A stretch of DNA of 64,000 bases. Source: an uncultured Clostridia bacterium. Its GTDB lineage: Bacteria; Bacillota; Clostridia; TANB77; CAG-508. Below, one piece after another: positions 22,903-32,893 of this stretch. The notes beneath the pieces are model-generated. The model had not been told where the DNA came from. It saw nothing but the letters and a program-made list of their open reading frames with translations, and made no database searches. The stretch spans positions 4,574 through 68,573 of the forward strand of contig CAKPCL010000005.1 of the NCBI GenBank assembly GCA_934141605.1, given 5' to 3'. Position 1 is the first letter of the stretch; each line of letters opens with the position of its first letter. Position numbers and translations under genes: made by a program.

Positions 22903-25147
22903 ATACCATATTGTTTGGATTTACATCTATTGTAATTTTGGTATTTTTATAATTCTTTTCATATATATTTTTTAATAATGCATTTAAAGTTTCATTTGTT
23001 TTTTCATCCACATTTCCTTTTATTATAATTCTCCATCTAATTTTGTTTTGTATTTTGTCTATTGGAGATGGCATTGGTTTAAATATCTTGAATTTTTCAT
23101 TGTCTAATTTTTGTTTTAAGTTTTCATAAGTGTAATTTGAAACTTTTTGTATTTCTTTTTCGTCTATACTACTAAATGCAATTACTATTATATCGCAAAA
23201 TGGTGGATATTTCAACTGTTTTCTTAAAGCTATTTCTGTTTCATAGAATTTTTCATAATCTTGTTTTTGGGCATCTTGAATACTGAAGCTTTCTGGATTA
23301 TAACTTTGTATTATTACTTTTCCTGGTAGTTTTTCTCTTCCTGCTCTTCCTGCTACTTGTGTTAGTATTTGAAATGTTCTTTCTGTTGCTCTATAATCGT
23401 CTATATTTAAAGAACTGTCTGCTGCTATAACTCCTACTAAAGTTACTTTTGGAAAATGATGTCCTTTTACTACCATTTGAGTTCCAATTAGTATATCAAT
23501 ATCGTCGTTTTTAAATTTATTAAGTATTTCTTCGTGTGAATTCTTTTTAGTAACTGTGTCTATATCCATTCTTATTGTTTTTGCATTTGGAAATTGTTTG
23601 TGTATTTCTTGTTCTAGTTTTTGTGTTCCTGTTCCAAAATATCTTATTTTATCACTTCCGCATTCTGGACATGTTTTTACTAAATTTTCTTCATATCCAC
23701 AATAATGACACTTTAATTTATTTTCATAACTATGATATGTCATGCTGATATTACAATTTTTACATTTTATAGTATATCCACAATTTCTGCACATTATAAA
23801 AGTCGAATACCCTCTTCTGTTCAAAAATAGTATTGTTTGAAGTTTATTATCCAAATTCTGTTCTATTGCTTTGTATAGTTCATTGCTTAACATTGATTTA
23901 TTCCCATTTGCAAGTTCTTGTTTTAAGTCTATTATTTCTACTTTTGGTAAGTTTGAATTATTTGCTCTTTTTGTCAATTTTAAAAGTGTTATTTTTTTTA
24001 TATCTTTTGCATTGTAAAATGTTGTTAAATCAGGTGTTGCACTTCCTAGTAAAAGCGGTATTTTTCTCTCTATTGCTATTTTTTGTGCAACTTCTTTTGC
24101 ATTGTATTTTGGAGTTGCCTCTGATTTATATGAACTATCGTGTTCTTCATCTATTATGATTATTCCTAAATTTGGAGCTGGTGCAAATATTGCAGACCTT
24201 GCTCCGATTACGATTTTTGCTTTTCCTTCTTGTATCCTTTTCCACTCATCATGTCTTTCTCCTATTGATAACTTACTATGTAAAACCGCAATTTTTTCTT
24301 TTCCGAATCTTGATATAAATCTATCTAGCATTTGTGGTGTTAATGAAATTTCTGGAACTAATACAATTGCTGTTTTGTCTTCTTTTATGACTTTATTTAT
24401 TAATTGCAAGTATACTTCTGTTTTTCCTGAACCTGTTACACCATATAGTAGAAATTGTTGATATCTATTATTATCAATTGCATTTGATACTTTAGTAAAC
24501 GCATTTTGTTGTTCATCTGTCAATTTTAAATTTTGTGTATTTTCTATGTTTTTTCTATCTAATGGATTTCTTTCTATCTTTGTTTCAAGTAATTCTAAAT
24601 AGTTATTCTTAATAAGAGTATTTACTATTCCTCTTGAGCAGTCTGTAAAAGCTTCTATTTCTGGTATAGTACACCCTTCATTATCTTTAACAAAATTTAG
24701 TATTTTGATTTGTTTATCTGATTTTATTTTTCCATTTTTTATTTCAAAACTAATTTCATCAAAATCTTTTTTAAAGTAAATAACATTTATCTTCTTGTCT
24801 TGAATTCTTTTATTTACATCTTTTGTTCTAGTTCCTGGTGTTTGCATTAGTTTAATACATTCTGATACATTACAAAAATATTTATTTGCCAACCAGTTTG
24901 CAAGTTCTATCTGTTTATCTGTTAAACCTGTTTCTACTTTTGCTATATCTTTGATTTCAAAATTAGATGATGGTTTTATGCTTACAACATGTGCTTCTTC
25001 TAAGTTTTTAAATCTACCAAATGGTACCAAAACTTTGCTTCCTACAAATACCATTTCTTCTAGTTCTTTTGGTATGTTGTAGTCGAAGGTTCTATTTAAT
25101 TTTTTTGCTGTACTATTTATTATTACTTCTGCTACCATTTTGTTCAC
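22901..25147 (-). CDS. priA: primosomal replication restart helicase PriA
   Basis: 748 aa. Walker A GVTGSGKTEV, DEEHD, Cys-rich zinc insertion CRNCGY...CKNC...CHYCGY...CPECGS. Confidence 0.95.
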   Translation of the reverse strand: MNKMVAEVIINSTAKKLNRTFDYNIPKELEEMVFVGSKVLVPFGRFKNLEEAHVVSIKPSSNFEIKDIAKVETGLTDKQIELANWLANKYFCNVSECIKLMQTPGTRTKDVNKRIQDKKINVIYFKKDFDEISFEIKNGKIKSDKQIKILNFVKDNEGCTIPEIEAFTDCSRGIVNTLIKNNYLELLETKIERNPLDRKNIENTQNLKLTDEQQNAFTKVSNAIDNNRYQQFLLYGVTGSGKTEVYLQLINKVIKEDKTAIVLVPEISLTPQMLDRFISRFGKEKIAVLHSKLSIGERHDEWKRIQEGKAKIVIGARSAIFAPAPNLGIIIIDEEHDSSYKSEATPKYNAKEVAQKIAIERKIPLLLGSATPDLTTFYNAKDIKKITLLKLTKRANNSNLPKVEIIDLKQELANGNKSMLSNELYKAIEQNLDNKLQTILFLNRRGYSTFIMCRNCGYTIKCKNCNISMTYHSYENKLKCHYCGYEENLVKTCPECGSDKIRYFGTGTQKLEQEIHKQFPNAKTIRMDIDTVTKKNSHEEILNKFKNDDIDILIGTQMVVKGHHFPKVTLVGVIAADSSLNIDDYRATERTFQILTQVAGRAGREKLPGKVIIQSYNPESFSIQDAQKQDYEKFYETEIALRKQLKYPPFCDIIVIAFSSIDEKEIQKVSNYTYENLKQKLDNEKFKIFKPMPSPIDKIQNKIRWRIIIKGNVDEKTNETLNALLKNIYEKNYKNTKITIDVNPNNMV

Positions 25148-25352
25148 TCCTTGTTTCTATTGGATATTTTACTATATTTCTTTGTTCAAATCAATAAAAT
25201 ATTTTTAAAATGTCAACATTTTTGTGATAGTTCATTGTAATTGTTTTAAATGCTGATATATTAATATTTAATTTTTTATAAACTGTAACAGTTTTTATTG
25301 TTTTATGCTATAATATTTGATATGTCGTAATAAAATGAAATAGGTGAATATT

Positions 25353-26216
25353 ATGTATGAAGAAAGATTTAAATTAACTAAAAAAGTTGGTGTTTTAGGA
25401 ATTATAGGTAATGTTTTTTTGTTGGTTATAAAAGCTATTGTTGGTTTTATTTTTAAAAGTCAATCAATGATTGCAGATAGTTTTAACAGTGCTGGTGACA
25501 TTTTTGCATCTCTTATGACTTTTATTGGAAATAAAATTGCTAGTGTTCCAAATGATGAAGACCATAATTTTGGTCACGGAAAAGCTGAATATATATTTTC
25601 AATGTTTATTGGGCTTTCTATGATTTTAGTTGCTGCTAAATTATTTTACGATTCTATAAGTGCATTGATTTTGGGAAGTAAATTGGAGTTTTCTTGGCTT
25701 TTAGTTTTTGTTTGTATTATAACTATTATTGTTAAACTTTTTTTATTTTTATATACTAAAAAGGCTTTTAAGACTCATAATAATATTTTACTAGAGTCTA
25801 ATATGAAGGACCATAGAAATGATTGTATTGTAACTTCTTTTACTTTGATTTCTATTTTACTTACTTTATTTGGTGTTTATTGGGTTGATGGCGTTGTTGG
25901 TATTGGTATTTCTATTTGGATTGGATATACTGGTATTTCAATTTTTTTGGAGAGTTATAATGTTTTAATGGATATTTCTGTTGATGAAAAAACTAAGGAT
26001 TTCATTTTGGATATTATTAATAGTTATAAAGATGTTAAAAAAATTGATAGTATTTCTTCTGCTCCTGTTGGTAGTCAATATATAATTTTTATTACTGTTT
26101 GTTTAGATGGTAATTTGAGTACTTTTGAGAGTCATGGCTTGGCTAATAGTATTGAGGAGTCTGTTTCTAAGTTGGATAATGTTTATAAGACTATTGTTCA
26201 TGTTGAGCCTATTTAA
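25353..26216 (+). CDS. cation diffusion facilitator family transporter
   Basis: Six TM helices, ADSFNSAGD and HNFGHGKAE motifs. ATG 25353 preferred over the GTG at 25344 (AGGTGA RBS). Confidence 0.85.
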   Translation: MYEERFKLTKKVGVLGIIGNVFLLVIKAIVGFIFKSQSMIADSFNSAGDIFASLMTFIGNKIASVPNDEDHNFGHGKAEYIFSMFIGLSMILVAAKLFYDSISALILGSKLEFSWLLVFVCIITIIVKLFLFLYTKKAFKTHNNILLESNMKDHRNDCIVTSFTLISILLTLFGVYWVDGVVGIGISIWIGYTGISIFLESYNVLMDISVDEKTKDFILDIINSYKDVKKIDSISSAPVGSQYIIFITVCLDGNLSTFESHGLANSIEESVSKLDNVYKTIVHVEPI

Positions 26217-26235
26217 TTTAATTAATTTAAAAAAT

Positions 26236-26262
26236 AAAGTGCAATTTCCGCACTTTATTTTA
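26236..26262 (+). terminator. rho-independent terminator after the CDF gene
   Basis: AAAGTGC-aatttcc-GCACTTT followed by ATTTTA. Confidence 0.55.
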
Positions 26263-26320
26263 CTTCTATTGCACCTTAAATATTTTAAAATTTACACACT
26301 AATTTTAATAAGTTCGTCTT

Positions 26321-28498
26321 CTAATTATTTTTAATTAACACAACACGGAAGCCATTAAGATTGTCCGGAACACCGTTAGTATTATTGAACACAAACTCAC
26401 CTGCATAAGAACCTACCCAAAAAGAACCACCGCGTTCAAAGAACGGAGCATCAGTACGAGCGTAAACAGAATAATCTTCGTTCCATGATGTTGAATTATC
26501 ACCTGTTAATGAAGTCTCTAATATTGCATCTCCAAACCCATATGTTATTGATTTTAAATCCTTATAAACATTATAATTATTTTCCCTACTATCACTTGTA
26601 GAATTATATGGATATACTGTTGCCCATTTTGTACTTTCTGTTTTGTATCCATTTGCATTTGCTGTTAATAATGATGCAAATGATTTTCCATGAGTTGCTA
26701 TATTTCCGTGTCCATTTGATATATATGATGCTGTTCTTTCCCATACACAACCATTTAAATCAAATACTCCTGTTTTATTATTTGTACTACTTGCTGAAAC
26801 TCCATTTGCTGTTCCTCCTGCATATCCTGTTACTGCGTAGATTTGTTTTGTGCTTTTATTTAAATTTTTGCTATTTAATGTTACCTCTGTTCTATTTCTT
26901 CCATATGAACTTTGTGTTAAGTATGCAACTGCTCCCCACTCACTATTTTTCATTTGGTGTGAGTCAGTTTGATTTGAACTTAAACCATAGAAGCTACTTG
27001 CACTTGCTATTTCTTTTGAAATTGTATAACTATCTCCTGTATTTATTACATTATAAGCATATGTTAATGGCTTAAATACTGGATATGACAATTTTTGAGT
27101 TGCATAATCTGTTGAAGTTAATGTTTGTCCAAGTGCATTTGTTGTATAATTTTCATTATATGAACTATATTTACTATCTGAATATTTTACATTTGCTAAA
27201 TTTATTGTTGGTTCTGTTACTGTTCCATCACTTGCTACTGTCTGTGTACATTCTTGGAAACCTGCCGCATATTTTGCAACCCAAAATCCCGGTATTTCTG
27301 AATCCCACTCACCGTTCATAAAATTATTTGCTGTTCCATTTGTAAAGCTTGGATGCACAACATAATCTGTCATTGCATTATTTGTTACTGTAGGATATTT
27401 AGTAGAAATTTCTTTTCCTGTGCTATCATAATTTGTTCTTCCTTGCAAAAATTTTATATTTATATTTCCTGATATACCCGTTCCACCTTTATTACAATTA
27501 CTTGTTATTTGGTAAGCATATCTTGGTATCCATACAAACATACTGCCTAAATCTTTATCTGTGACAACCGTTCCAACAGCTGTTGTTGTATCATATTTTC
27601 CATCACATAACATTATATTAGCCCAAAGTCTTTTTTCAGTAGCATAGTCATACCATTCCGCATCATCTTTACTACATATAACCCAATTTGTACCATTATA
27701 CTTTATTGGTATCATACCATCATTAATTTGAGGGGCATTTACTCCTTTTGATAAATCAAATTCAGATGTAGAAATTGTTTTTTCTCCTAAGTCAACCTCA
27801 CTACCATGTATAACTTTTATTGTATATATTCCTTCGTCTTTTAAATAAAAAGTTAAATTATCACTTGTCTGCCAATATGAATCTCTATCTAATTTATATT
27901 TTACTTGCCATTTATCTACATACCCATTATATTGTATATTTGATATTTGAATTTTACTTCTATTATCTTCTTTTGTTACAGTTACATCAAAACTTCCGCT
28001 ATTTTCATTTTTATTGTTATAGCGAACATTATAAACTTCACCTTCAATTTGGTCTATCATATAATATGTAGTTCCATTATATTTAAATCCTTCTGGAAAA
28101 ATAACATAAGCATATTCAACATTTATTAAATATTCTCTTTCAATACTGTCTAAATTTAATTCTGTATTTATATTATTTTTACTTACATATCTAAATCCAT
28201 TTTGAATATTTGCTTTTTCCGTTTCTGTTTTCCCATTATAAATAATGTTTGCTATTTCTGTTGTTTCTAACTTATTTTTTTGATTTTCACTTATTGCTTG
28301 TCCTATATCAGTTTTATTTTCTTGGTTTAATTCATTAACTTTACTTTGCATTACTTTTAGTTCATTTGTAAATTGAGTAAATTTTATTGATTGTAGTGTT
28401 GAATTTCCTGCGGTGTATCCTATTCCTGATAAAATTAATAATAATATTATTGTTATTATTAGTGCTACTAGTGTTATACCATTTTCTTTTGTTTTCAT
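26321..28498 (-). CDS. large secreted protein: prepilin-like N-terminal hydrophobic segment, beta-rich middle, FGE-sulfatase (SUMF1)-like C-terminal domain
   Basis: The N-terminus KENGITLVALIITIILLLIL resembles a class III (pilin-type) signal but has Ala at +5. The C-terminus has GVFDLNGCVWERT, FFERGGSFW and GFRVVL, which resemble the FGE-sulfatase motifs GNVWEW / RGGSW / GFR. Confidence 0.5.
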   Translation of the reverse strand: MKTKENGITLVALIITIILLLILSGIGYTAGNSTLQSIKFTQFTNELKVMQSKVNELNQENKTDIGQAISENQKNKLETTEIANIIYNGKTETEKANIQNGFRYVSKNNINTELNLDSIEREYLINVEYAYVIFPEGFKYNGTTYYMIDQIEGEVYNVRYNNKNENSGSFDVTVTKEDNRSKIQISNIQYNGYVDKWQVKYKLDRDSYWQTSDNLTFYLKDEGIYTIKVIHGSEVDLGEKTISTSEFDLSKGVNAPQINDGMIPIKYNGTNWVICSKDDAEWYDYATEKRLWANIMLCDGKYDTTTAVGTVVTDKDLGSMFVWIPRYAYQITSNCNKGGTGISGNINIKFLQGRTNYDSTGKEISTKYPTVTNNAMTDYVVHPSFTNGTANNFMNGEWDSEIPGFWVAKYAAGFQECTQTVASDGTVTEPTINLANVKYSDSKYSSYNENYTTNALGQTLTSTDYATQKLSYPVFKPLTYAYNVINTGDSYTISKEIASASSFYGLSSNQTDSHQMKNSEWGAVAYLTQSSYGRNRTEVTLNSKNLNKSTKQIYAVTGYAGGTANGVSASSTNNKTGVFDLNGCVWERTASYISNGHGNIATHGKSFASLLTANANGYKTESTKWATVYPYNSTSDSRENNYNVYKDLKSITYGFGDAILETSLTGDNSTSWNEDYSVYARTDAPFFERGGSFWVGSYAGEFVFNNTNGVPDNLNGFRVVLIKNN

Positions 28499-28582
28499 TT
28501 TTTCCTCCTAAACAAGAAGTTTTATTTTGCTAGTTTTATTATAACAGATTATTTGTTTTTGATAAATAGTTTTTGAAAACTT

Positions 28583-28909
28583 TTATTTTATTATTTTCCA
28601 ATATCCTTTTCTGTCTGATCCAATTCTTTTAATTTTGCTTTTTTCTTTTAGGCTAGCTAGCAAGATTGAAATAGTTCTTCTTGATACTTTTAATTTATTT
28701 GAAAGTTCAGCTTGAGTTATATTAGAATTTATTTTTAATATTTCTAATATTTTTATTTCATTATCTGTGCAGTTTTCTATGCAATTATCTATGCAATTAT
28801 CTGTGCAATTTTCTGTGCAATTTTCTGTGCAATTTTCTGTGCAATTTTCTGTGCAATTTTCTGTATAACAGTCCTCTGTGCAGTTTTCTGTGCAGTTTTC
28901 TGTGCAGTT
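28583..28909 (-). pseudogene. detached 3-prime part of the AlbA_2/HATPase_c_4 gene: (ENCT)n repeat linker plus winged-HTH domain, in a different frame
   Basis: The frame with lowest codon position = 2 mod 3 is open through the repeat. It encodes ...ENCTENCTDNCIDNCIENCTDNEIKILEILKINSNITQAELSNKLKVSRRTISILLASLKEKSKIKRIGSDRKGYWKIIK*. It contains no Met, so it is absent from the ORF track. Confidence 0.6.
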
Positions 28910-28912
28910 CTG
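28763..28912. repeat. 12-nt tandem repeat, about 12 units (plus strand TGTGCAATTTTC and variants)
   Basis: Read directly: five perfect ctgtgcaattttc units at 28801-28862, flanked by the variants tgcagttttc and tgcaattatc. Confidence 0.9.
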
Positions 28913-30155
28913 TCCGTTTTAAATCTTTTCTAAAAGTAACTTTAAATGTTCCTCTTAAATTTTCAAATTCTGGCTCTGGCAAATTCATTTTTTTCATTTC
29001 TTCTCTCATTGTAGCAATACCAGTATGTCTATTTTCAACAATATCTGTAGTTTCTTCTAATAATCTAATAATAGTATTGTTTCTGACCTCAAGCATATTA
29101 TCAGAACCTAAATTTTCTAAACGATTATTACCATATAAACCACCAGGATTTAGAATTTCAATTCTATCATCAAATATTCTTAAATAAATATAAGCACCAT
29201 CTGTATTTATACTATAATCTCTATGTATAAGAGCATTTGCAATAGCTTCTCTTAATGCCTTCATAGGATAATGAGGTACATCAGTTCTTTTCCCATTATC
29301 ATCAATTATTACCATTGTTCCAATATTTCTTCTTACAAATGCCAAAGATTTATCTAACATTTCTTCAACAGTTCCTTCTACTCTTTCATTGTCATCAAAT
29401 CTCTGACTTAATTTTCCAACATCTCCAAGTTTTCTTCCTGGGACAACTACGCAGGCGATAAATAGTTGTGGCAAATATCCTTGTGGATATTCTCCAAATA
29501 CCATCATTCCTGCTAATGTAGGATGTATTTCTACATTACTTTTTTCTATAATGCCATTTAACTTTAATATTTTTTCATCTGAAAATTTTGAAAGATTAGG
29601 TTTTTTTCTTTTAATTTCTTCAATATACAACTGAATCTTTTCTTGATTTAAGTCTTCGTATTCTGCTCTTTTTATTGGTCTCAAATCTTCTTCAATTCCA
29701 TCAGTATAGCTTTGTAAACTATATATTTCATAATCAGTCATATGCTCATCTGAATCACCAATTCTAATATATGAACCTTTATTTATTCCAACACTTTTAT
29801 AATAGCAGGGTTTCTTTTTTTGTGGTAATTCATTTATTTTTACAGCTAATAATTTTTTGTTATTATATGTAACAGCTAAAAATTCTGGTCTAATTTTAGG
29901 TTCAAGAGAAGTAGTACATAATGATGTAATTTGTTTTTGCAAATCATTTACATCATATACATCTTGTTCTACAAAATTATTATGTTCATTTATTCCAAAT
30001 ATTATAATTCCTCCATGTTTATTAGCAAAACTAGATATTGTGTCATAGCATTTTTGTGGATAACCTTTTTCTGCTGTTTTTGCTTCTATATTGTCAGTTT
30101 CTGTTTGATATTTTTGCATATATTTTATTGCTTCTATAACTTCTTTTTCTTTCAT
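28797..30155 (-). CDS. AlbA_2 (Schlafen-like) plus HATPase_c_4 putative transcriptional regulator (RecG-like C-terminal family), ending in an out-of-frame HRKL repeat tail
   Basis: N-terminal ETDNIEAKTAEKGYPQKCYDTISSFANKHGGIIIFGI (AlbA_2). ALREAIANALIHRDYS (HATPase_c_4). The C-terminal (KLHR)n comes from the 12-nt repeat read in the wrong frame. Confidence 0.7.
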   Translation of the reverse strand: MKEKEVIEAIKYMQKYQTETDNIEAKTAEKGYPQKCYDTISSFANKHGGIIIFGINEHNNFVEQDVYDVNDLQKQITSLCTTSLEPKIRPEFLAVTYNNKKLLAVKINELPQKKKPCYYKSVGINKGSYIRIGDSDEHMTDYEIYSLQSYTDGIEEDLRPIKRAEYEDLNQEKIQLYIEEIKRKKPNLSKFSDEKILKLNGIIEKSNVEIHPTLAGMMVFGEYPQGYLPQLFIACVVVPGRKLGDVGKLSQRFDDNERVEGTVEEMLDKSLAFVRRNIGTMVIIDDNGKRTDVPHYPMKALREAIANALIHRDYSINTDGAYIYLRIFDDRIEILNPGGLYGNNRLENLGSDNMLEVRNNTIIRLLEETTDIVENRHTGIATMREEMKKMNLPEPEFENLRGTFKVTFRKDLKRTELHRKLHRKLHRGLLYRKLHRKLHRKLHRKLHRKLHR

Positions 30156-30267
30156 TTAAATCCTCCTTTACTTTTCGATTTTTATATCTATTAAATTCAT
30201 CATTCTTGCTTATTAAACATAAAAAAATAAATCTGCAAATATTCTTTATTTACAGACTTTTAATGTG

Positions 30268-30342
30268 TGGCTGGGGTACTGTGATTCGAACACAGGAATG
30301 TCGGAGTCAGAGTCCGATGCCTTACCGCTTGGCGATACCCCA
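30268..30342 (-). tRNA. tRNA-Gln (anticodon CUG)
   Basis: Manual cloverleaf: acceptor TGGGGTA/TACCCCA, anticodon arm TCGGA-CTCTGAC-TCCGA, T arm CTGTG-TTCGAAT-CACAG, G73, encoded CCA. Confidence 0.9.
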
Positions 30343-30422
30343 ATATAAAATTAAATTTATACTACCACATTTTTTAACATTTGTCCATAACCATACAACT
30401 AAAATTTCAAATAAAAATCAAA

Positions 30423-30992
30423 TTAATTCAATCCAAACACAGCCTCATCTATAAGAAACTCATTACTATCACCACTAACTATAGGAATAGAATTATCAAC
30501 AACAATATCTGTCGCTATTTCAGTAGCAATACTTTTCAAACCTCCATTATCAACAGCCAATCCATCAGTAAAAACAAGTTTTAAATTTCCATCAACCTCT
30601 AAATTACTCAATTGAATATCAAATATTTTATAATCAGCTTTGTCTTGGACTTGTCCAAATTCAATATTTGCATTATCAACAAATTGACCATTAATCTTTA
30701 TTTTAATATGATTTGAATCTAAAAAAACTTCATTCAAGTTTTTTTCTACTATTTTAATTTTAGCAACTATTTTATGTGTTTTATTTGCAAAATTCTTATA
30801 TTCTAAATCAGTATTTTGAATACTAACTAATTCTATTTTAGGCTGTGTTCTATCAATATTAAGTTCTGCGACACAAATTTCCTCTTGAAATACATATTTA
30901 GCATATATATTCGTAAAGCTAAAAGCTATAAACATAAATATCTCAATTACTAAAAGTGTCCTAAAAAATCCTTTTTTTGCTTTCGCCATCAT
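30423..30992 (-). CDS. secreted protein with SipW-type-like signal (…NIYAKY), fourth gene of the TasA-like operon
   Basis: 189 aa, N-terminal TM/signal, start abuts the upstream stop. Confidence 0.45.
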   Translation of the reverse strand: MMAKAKKGFFRTLLVIEIFMFIAFSFTNIYAKYVFQEEICVAELNIDRTQPKIELVSIQNTDLEYKNFANKTHKIVAKIKIVEKNLNEVFLDSNHIKIKINGQFVDNANIEFGQVQDKADYKIFDIQLSNLEVDGNLKLVFTDGLAVDNGGLKSIATEIATDIVVDNSIPIVSGDSNEFLIDEAVFGLN

Positions 30993-30993
30993 C

Positions 30994-31581
30994 TTACACC
31001 TCTTCTCCCAAAACTAATATCTCAAATTTGTATTTTTCTATATTTTTTCCATCTATAGTATCTTGAATATCCACTTGTTCCTCTTGATTTTCTCCCTCAT
31101 ATGGCCAATACCATAATACTGTTATACTTACCTTTTGATTTTTTAAAATAATTCCTTTTAAGTTCTCAGATAATTCTTCTAATTCACTTGCTTTTGTAAT
31201 CTTTTCTCCATTTGTTAATGCCATAAATTTTAAATTTTGTGGTTTTGCACTTGTACTACTAAATTTTACTTGATATTGTAAATCTCTAGTTGAATTTAAA
31301 ACAATATTAAATTTTCCATTTGTCCCAGGTGCTACTTTTTTATAAAAATTTTTGTTTATTGTATCTGATAAATTTACTGTTTTTAAACCTTTATTTAAAT
31401 AATTTACTTTAAAGCTATATTCCTCTTCTGCCGTTTTGCTTTGGCTCTGAAATAATTTAAGAAATAAAAAATCATCACTTTGAGTTTTATTTGAAATTTG
31501 TTTGAAACAAAATATAATTATGAATAAATTTATTAATATAATAATCAAGATGAGTTTAATAATTTTTGTTTTATTTTTCAT
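30994..31581 (-). CDS. TasA/camelysin-like secreted protein (paralogue of 32158..32748)
   Basis: Shares KVAPGTNGKFNI, KPQNLKF and WYWPYEG with the first gene (KIAPGTSGKFQI, KPSNLKF, WEWPYETG). N-terminal TM segment. Confidence 0.5.
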   Translation of the reverse strand: MKNKTKIIKLILIIILINLFIIIFCFKQISNKTQSDDFLFLKLFQSQSKTAEEEYSFKVNYLNKGLKTVNLSDTINKNFYKKVAPGTNGKFNIVLNSTRDLQYQVKFSSTSAKPQNLKFMALTNGEKITKASELEELSENLKGIILKNQKVSITVLWYWPYEGENQEEQVDIQDTIDGKNIEKYKFEILVLGEEV

Positions 31582-31590
31582 TACATCACC

Positions 31591-32142
31591 TTATGCCTTT
31601 TCTTGCTCTGTATGAATTCTAATTTGAATTTTTTCCATTATATCTTCAAATGTACTAGATTTATTTTTATCGTACATTACTTTTATTTTATATTCTCTTT
31701 CTTCTTTTTGATTTTTAGATATTTCCATATATTCTGTTTTTTTTTCGTTTAAATTTATTCTATTTTCACCCTGATATAGTTCTATTATTACTGAATCGTC
31801 AGCATTTGATAATATTTCAATATAATATTTTAAATCAACTTCTGATAATTTATCTTGTTCATTATAATTTTTTACTTTAAATGTATATTCCCCATAATTT
31901 TGAGTTTCTGTTATATCTAAAGTTGGGTCACTTTCAATTGTTAAAATTGGTTCTGCTATTTGTGCTTTTCCTTTTATTATAACTTCCTCTACCATTTTTG
32001 CCATGCTATATTCACACATTATTAATAAAACAAATATAAAAACTATTATAGCTGTTGTTATAAATTTATTAATTTTGTTCTTTTTCTTTTTGTTCAATTT
32101 TTTTCCTTCCTTTTCATTTTTTATATAAATACACATTTTCAT
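31591..32142 (-). CDS. secreted/membrane-anchored protein of unknown function
   Basis: 183 aa, lysine-rich N-terminus then a TM helix, beta-rich remainder. Confidence 0.4.
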   Translation of the reverse strand: MKMCIYIKNEKEGKKLNKKKKNKINKFITTAIIVFIFVLLIMCEYSMAKMVEEVIIKGKAQIAEPILTIESDPTLDITETQNYGEYTFKVKNYNEQDKLSEVDLKYYIEILSNADDSVIIELYQGENRINLNEKKTEYMEISKNQKEEREYKIKVMYDKNKSSTFEDIMEKIQIRIHTEQEKA

Positions 32143-32157
32143 ATTTTTTATGTTTTA

Positions 32158-32748
32158 TCATTGTGGTTTTATCTGTGTTCCTGTTACAATTACATCAAAA
32201 GTATAATCATCTATTGCTTTTGCTTCCTTTGTGTCTAAAGCATCATTTTGTGCTATTTCTTCTGCTGTTGTTCCTGTTTCATATGGCCACTCCCATTCAA
32301 TTGTTACTATTTCTTCTTTATTTTCTTGAATTGCATATATACTTCCTACAATTGTATTTCTTAAGTATCCTAAAGTTTTATATGTTTCTCCATTAAACTT
32401 AAATTTTAAATTACTTGGTTTTACTGATTCATTTGCAAAATCTATGGTGTATAAAACTCCTGCATCTGAACCTGTGGCATCTAATTTGATTTGAAATTTT
32501 CCCGATGTTCCCGGTGCTATTTTTCCTTTTGCTAATGTAATATTGTTTATTGTTGAATTTAATGAAATAGTTTGCATTACTTCTTCGTTTTCATTTACTT
32601 TAAATTTCCAATTTGCAACTTCTGCTACTCCATTTCCAGTTACTTTTGACATATATTTTGCATATGCCTGTCCTCCTATAAATGATACCAATACTATTGT
32701 AATGGCAATTATTGTTAATACTATTTTTGTTTTCTTTCTCAATAACAT
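32158..32748 (-). CDS. TasA/camelysin-like secreted protein with SipW-dependent-type signal peptide
   Basis: FIGGQAYAKYMS resembles the GGTYAYF SipW-type signal end. KIAPGTSGKFQIKLDATGSD resembles the L.PGD..F.L.N.G block of TasA/CalY. Confidence 0.5.
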   Translation of the reverse strand: MLLRKKTKIVLTIIAITIVLVSFIGGQAYAKYMSKVTGNGVAEVANWKFKVNENEEVMQTISLNSTINNITLAKGKIAPGTSGKFQIKLDATGSDAGVLYTIDFANESVKPSNLKFKFNGETYKTLGYLRNTIVGSIYAIQENKEEIVTIEWEWPYETGTTAEEIAQNDALDTKEAKAIDDYTFDVIVTGTQIKPQ

Positions 32749-32855
32749 TCCTCCTTATTATTTAATTTTGTTTTTTTGGATTTTTTTAGATTTAAGCAAA
32801 GTTCGTTTGAACCGCTTTTTGAATTAATTTATAAAAAATATGAAAATGTGATTAA

Positions 32856-32884
32856 ATTATACTTCCCATTTTCTCATTTGTCAA
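32856..32884 (-). promoter_or_regulatory. consensus sigma-A promoter of the TasA-like operon
   Basis: Minus strand reads TTGACA-17 nt-TATAAT, about 105 nt upstream of ATG 32748. Confidence 0.6.
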
Positions 32885-32893
32885 TAAAAAGAT

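Noticed and set aside
28763-28912. Tandem 12-nt repeat considered as a CRISPR array.
   Set aside because: The units are contiguous with no spacers, are only 12 nt long and lie within a coding region. There are no cas genes in the window.
28797-28915. The (HRKL)n C-terminal tail considered as a genuine basic repeat domain.
   Set aside because: The alternative frame of the same repeat runs without a stop into a clear winged-HTH domain of the type expected for this protein family. The HRKL tail is therefore better explained as out-of-frame translation.
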